DNA of 64,000 bases from Tubulanus polymorphus (lineage: Eukaryota > Animalia > Nemertea), in contig NC_134026.1 in assembly GCF_964204645.1 (NCBI RefSeq), positions 15,906,150 to 15,970,149 on the forward strand. The letters run 5' to 3'. Under the pieces are notes generated by a model. It saw nothing but the letters and a program-made list of their open reading frames with translations. It was not told the origin of the DNA and made no database searches. Positions within the stretch are counted from its first letter, which is position 1, and the number at the start of each line of letters is the position of its first letter. Positions 36,438 through 47,521 of this stretch are shown here, piece by piece. Made by a program: the position numbers and the translations under genes.

Positions 36438-37025
36438 AGTAATAGGGGTAATGGGCTTTCAGGCCAAAGGTCGAAGGGTCGAGCTCATTAAAAAACAAAA
36501 CATTAAAAGTAATTTAAAACTATAATATATTTTCATAACCGTGTGTATTTTATATTATAACTAAATATTTATTATAAGATATCAATAATTTAAAAAGCAT
36601 ATTGTATTAAATCAATTGGTCGCTCCACTTCGCTACCGCTCCGCTCCGCGACCAATTGATTTATTTACAATACACAAATTCATATAATCAAATATATTTT
36701 AATAATAATAATTATTCTATTATTCAACTGAAATACACACGGTTATGAAAATATATTATAGTTTGAAATTACTTTTAATATTTGTTTTTAATGAACTCGA
36801 CCATTCAACCTTTAACCTGAAAGCCCATTACCCCTAATACTCTTAAAATAATCATATACATGAATAACATTTAAATTGACAGATTATTCAATATAAAAGT
36901 ATATATTTACAACATTATTTCAATATTCATATTTGTGTGAGTTAGATTTTTAAACATTAAAAGTGTTAGTAAAGTGTGATTGAAATAATGCATGATATAA
37001 ATCATTGAACTTCTAAAATCAATTT
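36438..37025 (+). repeat. Left TIR (588 bp; outer 404 bp self-complementary)
   Basis: Reverse complement of 54191-54778 with about a dozen substitutions by manual comparison. Confidence 0.97.
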
Positions 37026-37047
37026 CGTAAAAAAATATGTATAATAA

Positions 37048-37718
37048 ATGGAATCAGAACAACCACAAACTATAAATATTACAAATAACACTGGCGTCAA
37101 AAATATATACTACAAGATGTGTTCTAAATGTGAATTAGATAAATTAGCTATAACAGAATTCAATAAGCGTAAGATTAGCAAAGTTGGCTTTCAATATTGC
37201 TGTAAAACTTGCGCTAAACTATATACCAAACAATATCGAGAAGATAATATAGAACATTATAATTATTATATGGCAGAATATATATGAGAGAAAGATATAA
37301 AACAGATCTTAATTTTAGATTGAAACAATGTTTAAGATCTAGATTAACACAATTATTCAAGAAAGAAACGCATTCAGAAACACTATCTAATTTATTGGGT
37401 TGTTCAGATGAATTCTTAAAATCATGGATTATATTTCAATTCGATGATAAAATGAATATAGATAATTATGGTGAATACTTTCATATTGATCACGTGTTGC
37501 CGATTTCTAAATTTGACATGAGTGATGATTATAATAAGAAGCTAATATGGAATTGGAAGAATCTAAGACCTTTAGAAAGGAAGGAAAACATAATTAAATC
37601 CAATAAACTAGATTTACAGTTATATTTAGATCAACTGGATAAAGCAAAGACATTTGTTGAATTATGGAATAGTATTCCACAGAATCAACCGCATTCTGAG
37701 GTTTTGATCAGTGGTTAG
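37048..37718 (+). pseudogene. Zn-finger plus HNH-type endonuclease, split by a 2-bp slippage
   Basis: CSKC...CKTC in 37048-37287; HIDHVLPIS...NWKNLRPL...ENIIKSNK in 37284-37718. Removing one AT from GAATATATATGAGA fuses the two frames. Confidence 0.8.
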
Positions 37719-38064
37719 AAAGCTGGCAATTCTATTTGAGCTTTGTATGTATATAATACATAGCTTTTGCTTACTACTAAAACATATGTTGCCAAATATA
37801 TCTTGTTTTCAATTCTAAAGAATTAATTAACTTCATCATAAAGAACATCTGTGCAGAAGTAATTAGTTTGGTCGAACGTGTGCCACGTCGGCAGTAAGAA
37901 ATCAACATTCACATATACAGAACGCATAGGATATTCTCTCTCGTAACACAGTTTACAGTTCTAAATCTAAATGTAAGTACCGTTTTTTGTAGTTATTATG
38001 AAGTAGGGAAACCTTTAAACATATTTAAGTACAGTAATTCATTTTCACGACATCTTTTAGATTA

Positions 38065-38792
38065 AAATGGAATACAGAGACAACCAGAAATTCCAAGCCA
38101 ACCAACGGATGAGGAACGATTGCTGCTGGATAGTGAAACACAGGAATCAATAGAAATTGAGGATAAAACTCTCGTAATTGACGAACAAACTTCACAAAAA
38201 TTACAAGAACATTTGGACTATCATCAAGAAATGGTGAAAATTCTGAGGGATGTAATACATAATAAACAATTACCGCGCGAACTACAATTACCAAAATTAC
38301 CAGCAACGCGACTTAAATTGCTGTTGGGACTCAAAGAATCGAAACTAAGAAAATGAGTGGAGAAGAGTTGAACGAGTTTTTAAAATCTAAATTAATCATT
38401 GACACAGATCATTTAAACTTTCCGGAAATACAAAGTGTAGAAGTTATTTCATTTGCTGAAATTACTGATGTCTTAAAAAAAGTTATAAAACCATATTAAA
38501 TAGAAAAGCAAATCACCTATGGGACCACATCATTTTCGGGGGTTATCTAAATATAGGGTTTTCAATGTTTGATAAAGAAACTGAGGGGATTTCTTGGGGG
38601 CTGTGGGTTAAAAAGAACATAGATATCAGTGCCGGTTTTGAAAGAAAACTGAGAAGAGTAGGTAGATTAATAAAATATGAAAAATTCAAAATATTAGGAT
38701 TAGCATTTAGTGAAGTTGTAAGATATTTACCCGAAATTGAAGAAATGATTGGAAACAATCCAGTAATTAAAGAATTCTGGACAAAATTATAA
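38065..38792 (+). pseudogene. Two degraded hypothetical Polinton ORFs
   Basis: Open segments 38120-38356 and 38565-38792 with stops in between; no recognisable motif. Confidence 0.4.
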
Positions 38793-38866
38793 ATTATAAC
38801 ACTGATTGTAATATAGATATCAAAAAAAGTTGTATATATCTGTTTTAATATTGTATTGTTTACTGT

Positions 38867-39090
38867 TAACTGTGTATTGCGCAATAACCGGTCCGATTGG
38901 ACCGCATCTATTGTTCTCCATTGTTCTATTATTGATCGTTGTTGACTGAAACAGCTGCTCAATATTGATTGGTTACAGTTCTATGTTTGAATGTTGTAGT
39001 TTACAGAATAAAAATATAACTGTGTATTGCGCAATAACCGGTCCGATTGGACCGCATTTCTATTGTTCTCCATTGTTCTATTATCGATCG
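38867..39090. repeat. Two ~72-bp direct repeats containing palindromes
   Basis: 38867-38938 and 39017-39090: TAACTGTGTATTGCGCAATAACCGGTCCGATTGGACCGCAT...GATCG. Confidence 0.92.
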
Positions 39091-39498
39091 CTAAAATTTG
39101 TATAATAAATATATGTGTTTATGAAATAGTAATTCCACCAGTCGTTTCTTTGAATTTATTTTCAGTTTGAGGATTTATTATCGAGGATCCGAAATGACTC
39201 ATCTGGACAGTTATAGTTACTGCTCCTATAGATAAACAATAGTAGTGAGATATTAAATCCTAATTTAAATAAAATATAATAAAAAAACAATAACTTCAAC
39301 TAGCTAGTGAATTCTATTATATTTTTAATATTTTCTTTTTAAAAAGAGAATACTTTATATTTTGAATAGATTCAAATAGAAATTCTTTAAATTCAAATAG
39401 CTAGTATCAGCAGTCAATACTAGAATTCTTTAGCTTTAACAAGCTAGTATCATTTGAAGAATACTTATAATATTTTTTGCTTTTTTTCTCTAATATAA

Positions 39499-40099
39499 AT
39501 GTCAAAGAAATCTAATAAGAATAGTATTAATATTGAAAAAACATTAGATGATTTGGGTATAAGTGATAATAAAGATACAGTTGTAACTAATTGTGCTCAA
39601 GTTAATTGTAATATAGATTATGAATACTATTTATATTGTAAGCATCATCTTGAATTATTAATTGCTGGCGGGAAATCCAAGGATTTCTTGGGAAAAATAA
39701 TTACTTTTCAAGAATTAGACTATGAAACCAGATAAAGTAATAAAATATTTTAAGATTTATGAAGAAGCAAGATTAGCCCGAATAAATGATTCTATTTCAG
39801 ATGGTATTGTCAAATGTTATTCTAAGTTATGTAACCAGTTAATACCAATTGATGATGAAAATAAATTATATAGTGATTTGAAAAATGACTATTTAGTTAT
39901 GACTGAATTACAAAAATGGGTTGGTTATGCTTCATTTCAATTAGGATCGGTTATGACATTAATTTCTACTGGTGTCATAACATTTTCGAACATCAAGCCT
40001 ATGGAATATAAATCAGGTAAGAACGAAACATATGTACTACAACCAAACGTCGAAACAGAAAATGAATCAGAACAAAAATTAACTAAAATAAATGAGTGA
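39499..40099 (+). pseudogene. Hypothetical Polinton protein, frameshifted
   Basis: Overlapping ORFs 39499-39735 and 39722-40099, consistent with one gene broken by a frameshift; TAAATG start. Confidence 0.65.
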
Positions 40100-40451
40100 T
40101 AGCGTTAAGAAGAAGCCTAGATCCGAGAAACAAATTATATGGGCAAGAGAATTAGGTAAAAGATCTTCAGAATTAAAAAAAGCTAAGAAAAAGAAATTAA
40201 CTGATATAAATGAATCACCTGATATTGATTCAAATAATAATCCATCTAATTCTTCTAATGCTGGAAGTAATTATAAATTATATATTACAATTGGGTTAAT
40301 CACAATTATTATATTATCCGGTGTAATATATAAATCAAAATTCAAATCTGATGATAAAGATGATTCCAATGATAATAAACCTATCATACCAGAAAATAAG
40401 TCAAATCATAAAGTCATTGAAACTAAATCTAAATTATTATTAATGGATTAA
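40092..40451 (+). CDS. Small basic membrane protein (119 aa)
   Basis: Lys-rich N-terminus, one hydrophobic segment LYITIGLITIIILSGVIY; TAAATG start; abuts the integrase. Confidence 0.75.
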   Translation: MSDSVKKKPRSEKQIIWARELGKRSSELKKAKKKKLTDINESPDIDSNNNPSNSSNAGSNYKLYITIGLITIIILSGVIYKSKFKSDDKDDSNDNKPIIPENKSNHKVIETKSKLLLMD

Positions 40452-40457
40452 AATAAG

Positions 40458-41570
40458 ATGAAAAAAGAACAATATTTAAGAGATTTATATGAAAACCCAG
40501 AAAGTGAAGTATCATATTCTAACGTTTCAGAATTATGGAATAAAATTAAATCTGATAATGAAAATGGCGCCGTACGGCACCCACATGGTGATATAAAATA
40601 TAGTGAATTAAAATCATGGTTACAAAATCAACCAACATATCAAATCCACAAGAAAATGGATAAAACTTATTTAACAAGAAAAGTTATGGTTTCATATATC
40701 GATCAACAATGGCAAGCAGATTTAATTGACATGAAGAACTTAGAAGAATACAACAAAGGATATTTCTGGATACTGAATGTTATAGACATATTCAGTAGAT
40801 ACGCATGGTCAATTCCAATCAAAAATAAAACTGGAATAGAAGTAACAAATGCTTTTAAATCTATATTTAAAGAAGCTATTCCAGATAAGATACAATTTGA
40901 TGAAGGTAAGGAATTCTATAACAAACATTTCAAAAAACTATTATCTGATAACGATGTAGATTATTTTTCAACACATTCAGATAAAAAAGCATCTATTATA
41001 GAAAGATTTAATAAAACATTGCAAACTAGAATGTGGAAATATTTTACTGCTAATGAAACATATAAATATATCGATGTGTTAGATGATTTAGTGAAAGGTT
41101 ATAATAATTCTAAACATAGTTCTATAAATATGAAACCTATACAAGCTAGACAAGAAGATAATTCAGAAATAGTTTGGAATAATTTATATGGAGCGTTTGT
41201 TACACATGATTTCGGTGAACCTAGATTCAAAATTGGACAACACGTAAGAATATCTAAATATAGAAAAACATTTTATAAAGGTTATACCCCAAATTTTACT
41301 GAAGAAATATTCAAGATTAAAAAGATAATATTAACTAAACCTTTTGTTTATGAAATTAGAAGATCTAAAAGATGAAGAAATATTAGGTTATTTCTAGGAA
41401 GAAGAATTATCACTTGTACCAAATCCAGATGAAATAGAATACAAAAAATAGAAAAAGTATTGAAAACAAAAACTCTTAAAGGAAAAAAGTATTCTTTGGT
41501 GAAATATAAAGGTTATGATAATAAATTTAATGAATAGATTTTATCTAGTAAAATTAAAAGAATAAATGAA
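40458..41570 (+). pseudogene. Retroviral-type (rve) DDE integrase with C-terminal chromodomain-like tail broken by frameshifts and stops
   Basis: WQADLIDM, IQFDEGKEF, IIERFNKTL in ORF 40458-41375. Downstream frames read LEDLKDEEILGYF*EEEL...IEKVLKTKTLKGKKYSLVKYKGYDNKFNE*I. Confidence 0.95.
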
Positions 41571-42177
41571 TAAAGATTCATTTATATTTGAACCGCATAA
41601 TATGTTAGTTACTGGTGTAACCAATTGTGGTAAAACACATTTCATATTAGATTTGTTAGAAACTATTTATAAGAATCATTTTGATAATATAATATTATTT
41701 TGTCCTACTTATGAAATGAATAAAACATATAATAGAGATATAGTTAAGATAAAAAAGTTTATTATATTAAATCCTAAAACAGTAAAAGAAAATTTAGATA
41801 ATTGTATAAAAATAGCAATTGATACTTATAAAGGATCAAATACATTATTCATTATAGATGATTGCGCAAATTTACACCATTCAAAAGTTAGAGAAAGTGA
41901 GTTATGTTATTTAGCTTTTTCTGGTAGACATTTTGGGATAACAACGTGGGTTTTAATTCAAAAATATAATTCAATTGTTAAAGATTTTAGAGAAAACATT
42001 TGATTTTTAGTATTATTCTACAATAAAGATAGGAAATCAATGCATCAATCATTGGAAGAAAATCAAATTATACCTACTGAATTACATGATGAATATATGA
42101 ATAAATTAAAGAATAATAAAGGTTCAAAATTATTACTGAGACTTCAATTTCCCTATGAATATAAATTTATAAAATAA
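41566..42177 (+). pseudogene. A32/FtsK-HerA-type DNA packaging ATPase with one in-frame stop
   Basis: Walker A GVTNCGKT, Walker B FIIDD, SGRH. The TGA at 42001 is Arg in copy B and the frame continues to TAA at 42177. Confidence 0.93.
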
Positions 42178-42194
42178 CTATTTATATATCTATC

Positions 42195-42535
42195 TATCTA
42201 ATACGTATTTAATGCGTATTAAATACGTATTAAATACATTAATACTTAAAACCCCCCTTTTTTAAAATAAATATTATTCATACAATTTTCAACCAATTTA
42301 TTTTTATTTTTTTCAACTAATATATGAATAAGTTTGAAAATAATAAAGCTTATTTATTATTACTGGGGTTTCAATATAAATTTTAAAAAGAAATATAATT
42401 TAAGGTATTTTCAAATAATATGTATTAGATACGTATTAGATATGTATTAGATACGTATTAGATACGTATTAGATACGTATTAGATATGTGTTAGATACCT
42501 TAATACTTAAAACCCCCTTTTTTATTTACTATTAT
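42195..42535. repeat. Repeat-rich spacer between the convergent gene blocks
   Basis: (AATACGTATT)-like and (GATACGTATTA)n tandem repeats, each followed by TAATACTTAAAACCCCCCTTTTTT. Confidence 0.8.
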
Positions 42536-42557
42536 TTTATACAATTTTCAACCTTTA

Positions 42558-43445
42558 TTACTTTTTGAGTGTTAGATAATTACTTTCTGAATCACTTTCA
42601 TCATCACTCTCAAATTCATCATCATACCCCATCAATTTATTCAAATGCTCTACCGTATCTTCATAAATAATTGGTTTATTGATATACTTATTAGTCATCT
42701 CATTTATATCTTTATTTTCTGATTTAGGTTTCATAGAATCTTTATTATCAATGCGCTTTCCTGTAACTATATCACCATGTGGGTGCCGTATGGCACCATT
42801 TTCATTATCATCTTTCTTAGTGTTAGACCTTACTATTGTATTTACAATGCTTGATTGTAGTATTTTTTTAGCAGCAGATAAATCTAATTCATCATTACTA
42901 GGTTCCTTAGATAAAAATTCACCTAATAAATCTTTATATAAATCTTTACCATCTACTTTTTTATTTGAAACAAACTTTGTAACATAATTAAATGGGTGTT
43001 CTATAAATTCTTTTTAATCAACACGTTCTATAACATTAATAATATGTGAATTTGTATTCATATGATTATTCCAATTTGATGGAGCGTTTGAAAATTCACC
43101 TTTACAATAATCACAATAATTTCTATTTTCACTAACATTTAATATTATTGCATTATTATATGTAGAAGGTATTACATTATTAGATGTAGTAGGTATTACG
43201 TTATTAGATGAAGTAGGTATTACATTATTAGATGTAGTAGGTATTACATTATTATCAATTACATTACTTAAATTATCAACAACACCACTTTTATTATTAT
43301 TGATTTCTATTAGTTTAGTTTTATAAATTTTGAAAATAGGATCAAATATCAAAGCTATATTACAAGGTATTACATAATTTAAACCATCATTATTTTCATG
43401 TGTATCGATGTATGGAATATGTTTATATACTTTACCTCCTTCCAT
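42558..43445 (-). pseudogene. Hypothetical protein with C2H2-like finger and NNVIPTTS repeats; one in-frame stop
   Basis: ORF 43014-43445 (CDYC...HMNTNSH) continues in frame past the TAA to 42558 with an acidic C-terminus. Confidence 0.75.
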
Positions 43446-43477
43446 TTATTATATATATTTTTATTAAAGTTAAAATT

Positions 43478-44712
43478 TTAATACATAACACTATCTAATG
43501 GTGAATTTACAATATTTAATTGCGCGTCAGATATAATATAAATGTGCATTTTGAAATTTTTGATTCCTTTATTCTTTGTCATGAATAATTGTATTCCATC
43601 TTTAGTGTTTTGTAATTTTTTTCCAGAACCATGTAATGAATTATCCTCTGTTGTTCTAAAATCTAACCATAATGCATATTTATTACCAGTATAATAATCA
43701 ATTTGATTAATATTACAATTTTCAGATGATTTTACTTTTTCATTCATAAAATGTTTTCTAATTTCTGACCATTGATCAATCATTCTCATTTTATTTGCTA
43801 TAGTTATTCGATAGTTATTTCTACTTTTGTTATTTCAGGATTATAATACTTATCAACCTGTATTGCACCATTAGAATATGTTGCAATGGTAAAAAATATT
43901 AATATACCTTTAATAGATCTTCTTGGGAAGTTAATATTCTCATTAATAATTTCATCATTTGCATTAATAGTTATAGTTTTAAATTTATCAATATAATCAT
44001 ATAATAATGAAAATCCTTGATTGTGTTGAGTTTGAATTATACTTGAAATATTTTCATCAGTTACTGTATCATATTCTAAACATATATTCGATAATTTATA
44101 ACTCATATCTATAACAACGCTGGATAATACAATTTCATTTACAGGAGCAAATGTTATTTCGAATATAACGTCTTCTTGAATTGCATATTTATATAAAGGT
44201 GCATTATTATTTATCAATTCAAAGTCTAATGGAATTTTATATTTGCTTCCATAAATCTTTTTTATCAAATTATCTACAGCATTAGTTACTACTGCATTAT
44301 TGGCTTCAGATCTTAATTTATTTTGGTTTTCTGATTGGATTCCTTGAAATATCATATTATTTCTATTTTCTTTAGTTAACCATAAATCTTTATAATGCAT
44401 AAATAAATTATAATCATCTAATGAGAAAACTGTTTCTGGACCAATCTTTATTGTTAACTTTTTAATCAAATATCTTCCAACATTATCAACAACATAATTA
44501 TTATTATTACCTATTACTTTTATATCGGCAGATAAATAAATACTATTTGGAACATAAAAAGTATTTTGTGTTAATCTAGGAATTCTAACATATAAAGTTT
44601 CATCGGGATTAATATTAGAAGGGTTATGAGTAATTATATGATGTGATCTTTCTACTTTAATAGCATTAGATATTCTAGAAATCTTAGAAGGACTTATATA
44701 ACTCCCACTCAT
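43478..44712 (-). pseudogene. Major capsid protein (putative double jelly-roll), broken near 43800
   Basis: ITHNPSNI...LYVRIPRL...NVGRYLIKK...YKDLW...IPLDF...ICLEYDTV...PRRSIKGIL, then KYALWLDFRTTEDNSLHGSG...DAQLNI. Size ~410 aa and position fit a Polinton MCP. Confidence 0.8.
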
Positions 44713-44732
44713 TTATTTAACAAAAAAATTAA

Positions 44733-46163
44733 TTATTTATTTTTGATCATGTTTACTAAACCAAAAATAATAGCACTTACAACTGTAATTGAAAATAAAA
44801 TAATATGTTCAGCAGCAAAGTTAATAATGTTTCCTGCAGATTTCAATATAAAACCAACAATTGATGCAATAATTCCTGGCAATGCTGCAGCAGATTTTTT
44901 AGATAGTTCCCATAAATATTTTGCTAATTTCTTTAAACCATCTTTAACTTTATCTTGTATAGAATTATTATCTGGAGGTTTATCCGGTTTATTGGGAGTA
45001 GGAGTAGGAGTAGATTTCAAAGCATTTGATATTGCTAAACCAATTGTTGTAAATACCATAGTTACAGCTGTTAGAATTGAAAGAATTGTTATTCCTTCAA
45101 ACTTAAATAATAATTTTATTCTATCTTTTAGTGATATGTCAGAATTTGGTTTTAGTATTAACTCTTTAACAACAACTTTTAATCTATTAATATTATAATC
45201 ATATGATTTTAACAATAATTTAATTTCTTCTTTCTGTACTTCTAAATTATCATTTAAATTATTAATTTCTTTTTCTAATCGTAATTCTTTTTGCCTATAT
45301 TCTATTTTATCAATTGCTTGATGGCCTAAATCAGACATTAATTTTTCTATTTCTTTATTTTTATCAGTTAATTCTTTTTCTAAATTGTTAATTTTAATAT
45401 CTCTTATACTTTTATCATGTGCAATTTTATCAGTTTCATTTCTTATACTAATAATTTCTCTAATTGCTTTATCAGAAAATATATTTAAATCTTCTAATTG
45501 TTGATCTGTTGCATCAAGTAATCCCTTAGGTAAAAGTTTTTCAGTTTGAACACTTCTTGATTTAGGTTTACTAGTTTTGGAATTAATAACTTCTTTAGTA
45601 ATTGTTTCTGGTTCTAAATTGTCATAAATTATCTTCAAAAAATAATCATTTCTTTGTTTAAATACTCTTCTATTATCAATTATCTCTTTTTCTGTAACAT
45701 CAGTTATAACATCATTAATGATTTTCTTAATTGTATCTGGTTTTAATAAATTAAAAGTTGATTGTGCTATTATTTTATCGTTACATTTAAGATTTGAAAT
45801 CTTAAAATAATAGTCATCTTTCAAATTCCAATAATAATCACCATTTGAATATTTTAAATCTTCTACTAAATAATCCATACCTTTATTTGTTATATTGAAA
45901 CCAGATCTTTTTAATATTGGTATAAAATTACTCGTGATTTTATCATATTTAAATTCTTTTTCTGTTAATTCTGGTACTTCATTTTCAATACTTATCTTTG
46001 AACGTGTTTTATCAATAAATTCAGGTGTAGTTAAATTAGTATAATATGCCGTTTTATTATCATTACTGAAACTTGTTTCATCAAAATTAGGTGGTTGTTC
46101 ATCACTTATACCGGGAGCGTCACCAAAAGTATCAATTCCAATATCTTCTCCGCCTTCTGCCAT
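44733..46163 (-). CDS. 476-aa coiled-coil protein with C-terminal hydrophobic/amphipathic helices
   Basis: Intact ORF; long heptad region followed by GITILSILTAVTMVFTTIGLAI, ALPGIIASIVGFIL and IILFSITVVSAIIFGLV. Confidence 0.9.
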   Translation of the reverse strand: MAEGGEDIGIDTFGDAPGISDEQPPNFDETSFSNDNKTAYYTNLTTPEFIDKTRSKISIENEVPELTEKEFKYDKITSNFIPILKRSGFNITNKGMDYLVEDLKYSNGDYYWNLKDDYYFKISNLKCNDKIIAQSTFNLLKPDTIKKIINDVITDVTEKEIIDNRRVFKQRNDYFLKIIYDNLEPETITKEVINSKTSKPKSRSVQTEKLLPKGLLDATDQQLEDLNIFSDKAIREIISIRNETDKIAHDKSIRDIKINNLEKELTDKNKEIEKLMSDLGHQAIDKIEYRQKELRLEKEINNLNDNLEVQKEEIKLLLKSYDYNINRLKVVVKELILKPNSDISLKDRIKLLFKFEGITILSILTAVTMVFTTIGLAISNALKSTPTPTPNKPDKPPDNNSIQDKVKDGLKKLAKYLWELSKKSAAALPGIIASIVGFILKSAGNIINFAAEHIILFSITVVSAIIFGLVNMIKNK

Positions 46164-46179
46164 TTACATAATAAAAAAA

Positions 46180-47505
46180 TTAAAATTTGAAATATAATAT
46201 TCCTCCGATTACAATTCCTATACAAGTTAAAGCTAATTTAGCATTTTCATGGGATTTATTATCATCATTAGTTTTAATTATATCATGTTGAATATTATCG
46301 GTTCTAATATTTTCTGATGTATTGTAATCTTTTATTTTAGAATCATTATTTAATTTAATATTATTAGTTTTAGTTTCAGTTGATTGAATGTGTTTTTTAT
46401 TTTTTTCACCTTCCATTAATTTTGGAGCAGTGATAATCTTTTTATTTATATCATTCAATCCAAATGAATTATTTATTGTTGCAGTTTTAATTAGATTATT
46501 GTAACCAATTATGTTTCCCATCTTTAATACTAAATCATTAGAAATAATAAATAGATTAGGGCCTATACAATAATTTAATCTAATATGTGATTTATCTAAA
46601 TAATTTTGATATCTTACAATGTTTTCCGGAATCGATCTATTTTTATCATTATGAATTGAATCTTCAAATAATACTTTGAATTGTTTCTGCGCATCGAATG
46701 AAGTGTTATCATTTCCAATTATTGGGGATCTTGTTTCAACTTGCGCTCCTAAAATACATATTAAATAAGTTCTAATAGATTGATTTATTCTTTGTATTCC
46801 AGCTTTAGTAAAACCTTCACTATTTTCTAAAATGAAATTAACCCAACCATTATTGTTTTGTTGTTGTATATTATTATAATATTTTGGTAATTCATTCCAA
46901 TTTAGTGTTCTAATATCTGAATTTGTCATTATTTTTCCAAATTCTTTAGTATATAATATTCCTAATCCACCCATTGTTCCAATTTTTGCTCTAAAATCTT
47001 TATTTGAATTAATATTAAATTCATTACATATTTTATAAAACTTAGAAAAATTAATATTATTATTCAATTCTTTAAAATATTTTGAACCTGGTAAAGGACA
47101 TTCTAATTCATCTAATATTAATTTTATTTGAAAATAAGTATGAAATCTAAAAAGTGATAACATCAATGGTAAACTTGGTTTGTTTAAATGATCATTCCAA
47201 CTAATTCCACATCCTGTTGTTGCGCAATAAACAGCAAAATTTAATTGGTTCTGCCAATACTTCATATTAGATTTTAATAACCATTGTTTTGCCTCATTTA
47301 AATTTTTGAAATTAATTGTATACACATGAAATATATTTTCCATCTTTACATGAAAATTATTACTTTCAGTAACATAAATATATAAATCAATTAATGAATT
47401 TAAAACTTCATTTCTATATGTAATATCTTTATTAAAATCTATTGCTGGAATATTATATTTAATTGATTTATTATATTGGAAAGCTTTTGGAAAACTATCT
47501 GCCAT
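46180..47505 (-). CDS. 441-aa conserved Polinton protein with C-terminal TM anchor
   Basis: Intact ORF; WQNQLNFAVYCATTGCGIS; homologue in copy B; ends ALTCIGIVIGGILYFKF. Confidence 0.9.
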   Translation of the reverse strand: MADSFPKAFQYNKSIKYNIPAIDFNKDITYRNEVLNSLIDLYIYVTESNNFHVKMENIFHVYTINFKNLNEAKQWLLKSNMKYWQNQLNFAVYCATTGCGISWNDHLNKPSLPLMLSLFRFHTYFQIKLILDELECPLPGSKYFKELNNNINFSKFYKICNEFNINSNKDFRAKIGTMGGLGILYTKEFGKIMTNSDIRTLNWNELPKYYNNIQQQNNNGWVNFILENSEGFTKAGIQRINQSIRTYLICILGAQVETRSPIIGNDNTSFDAQKQFKVLFEDSIHNDKNRSIPENIVRYQNYLDKSHIRLNYCIGPNLFIISNDLVLKMGNIIGYNNLIKTATINNSFGLNDINKKIITAPKLMEGEKNKKHIQSTETKTNNIKLNNDSKIKDYNTSENIRTDNIQHDIIKTNDDNKSHENAKLALTCIGIVIGGILYFKF

Positions 47506-47521
47506 TTATATAATTAAAAAA

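Noticed and set aside
44743-45198. Plus-strand 151-aa ORF (also 42679-42987, 47628-47810, 58032-58514)
   Set aside because: Antisense shadows of real genes on the opposite strand.
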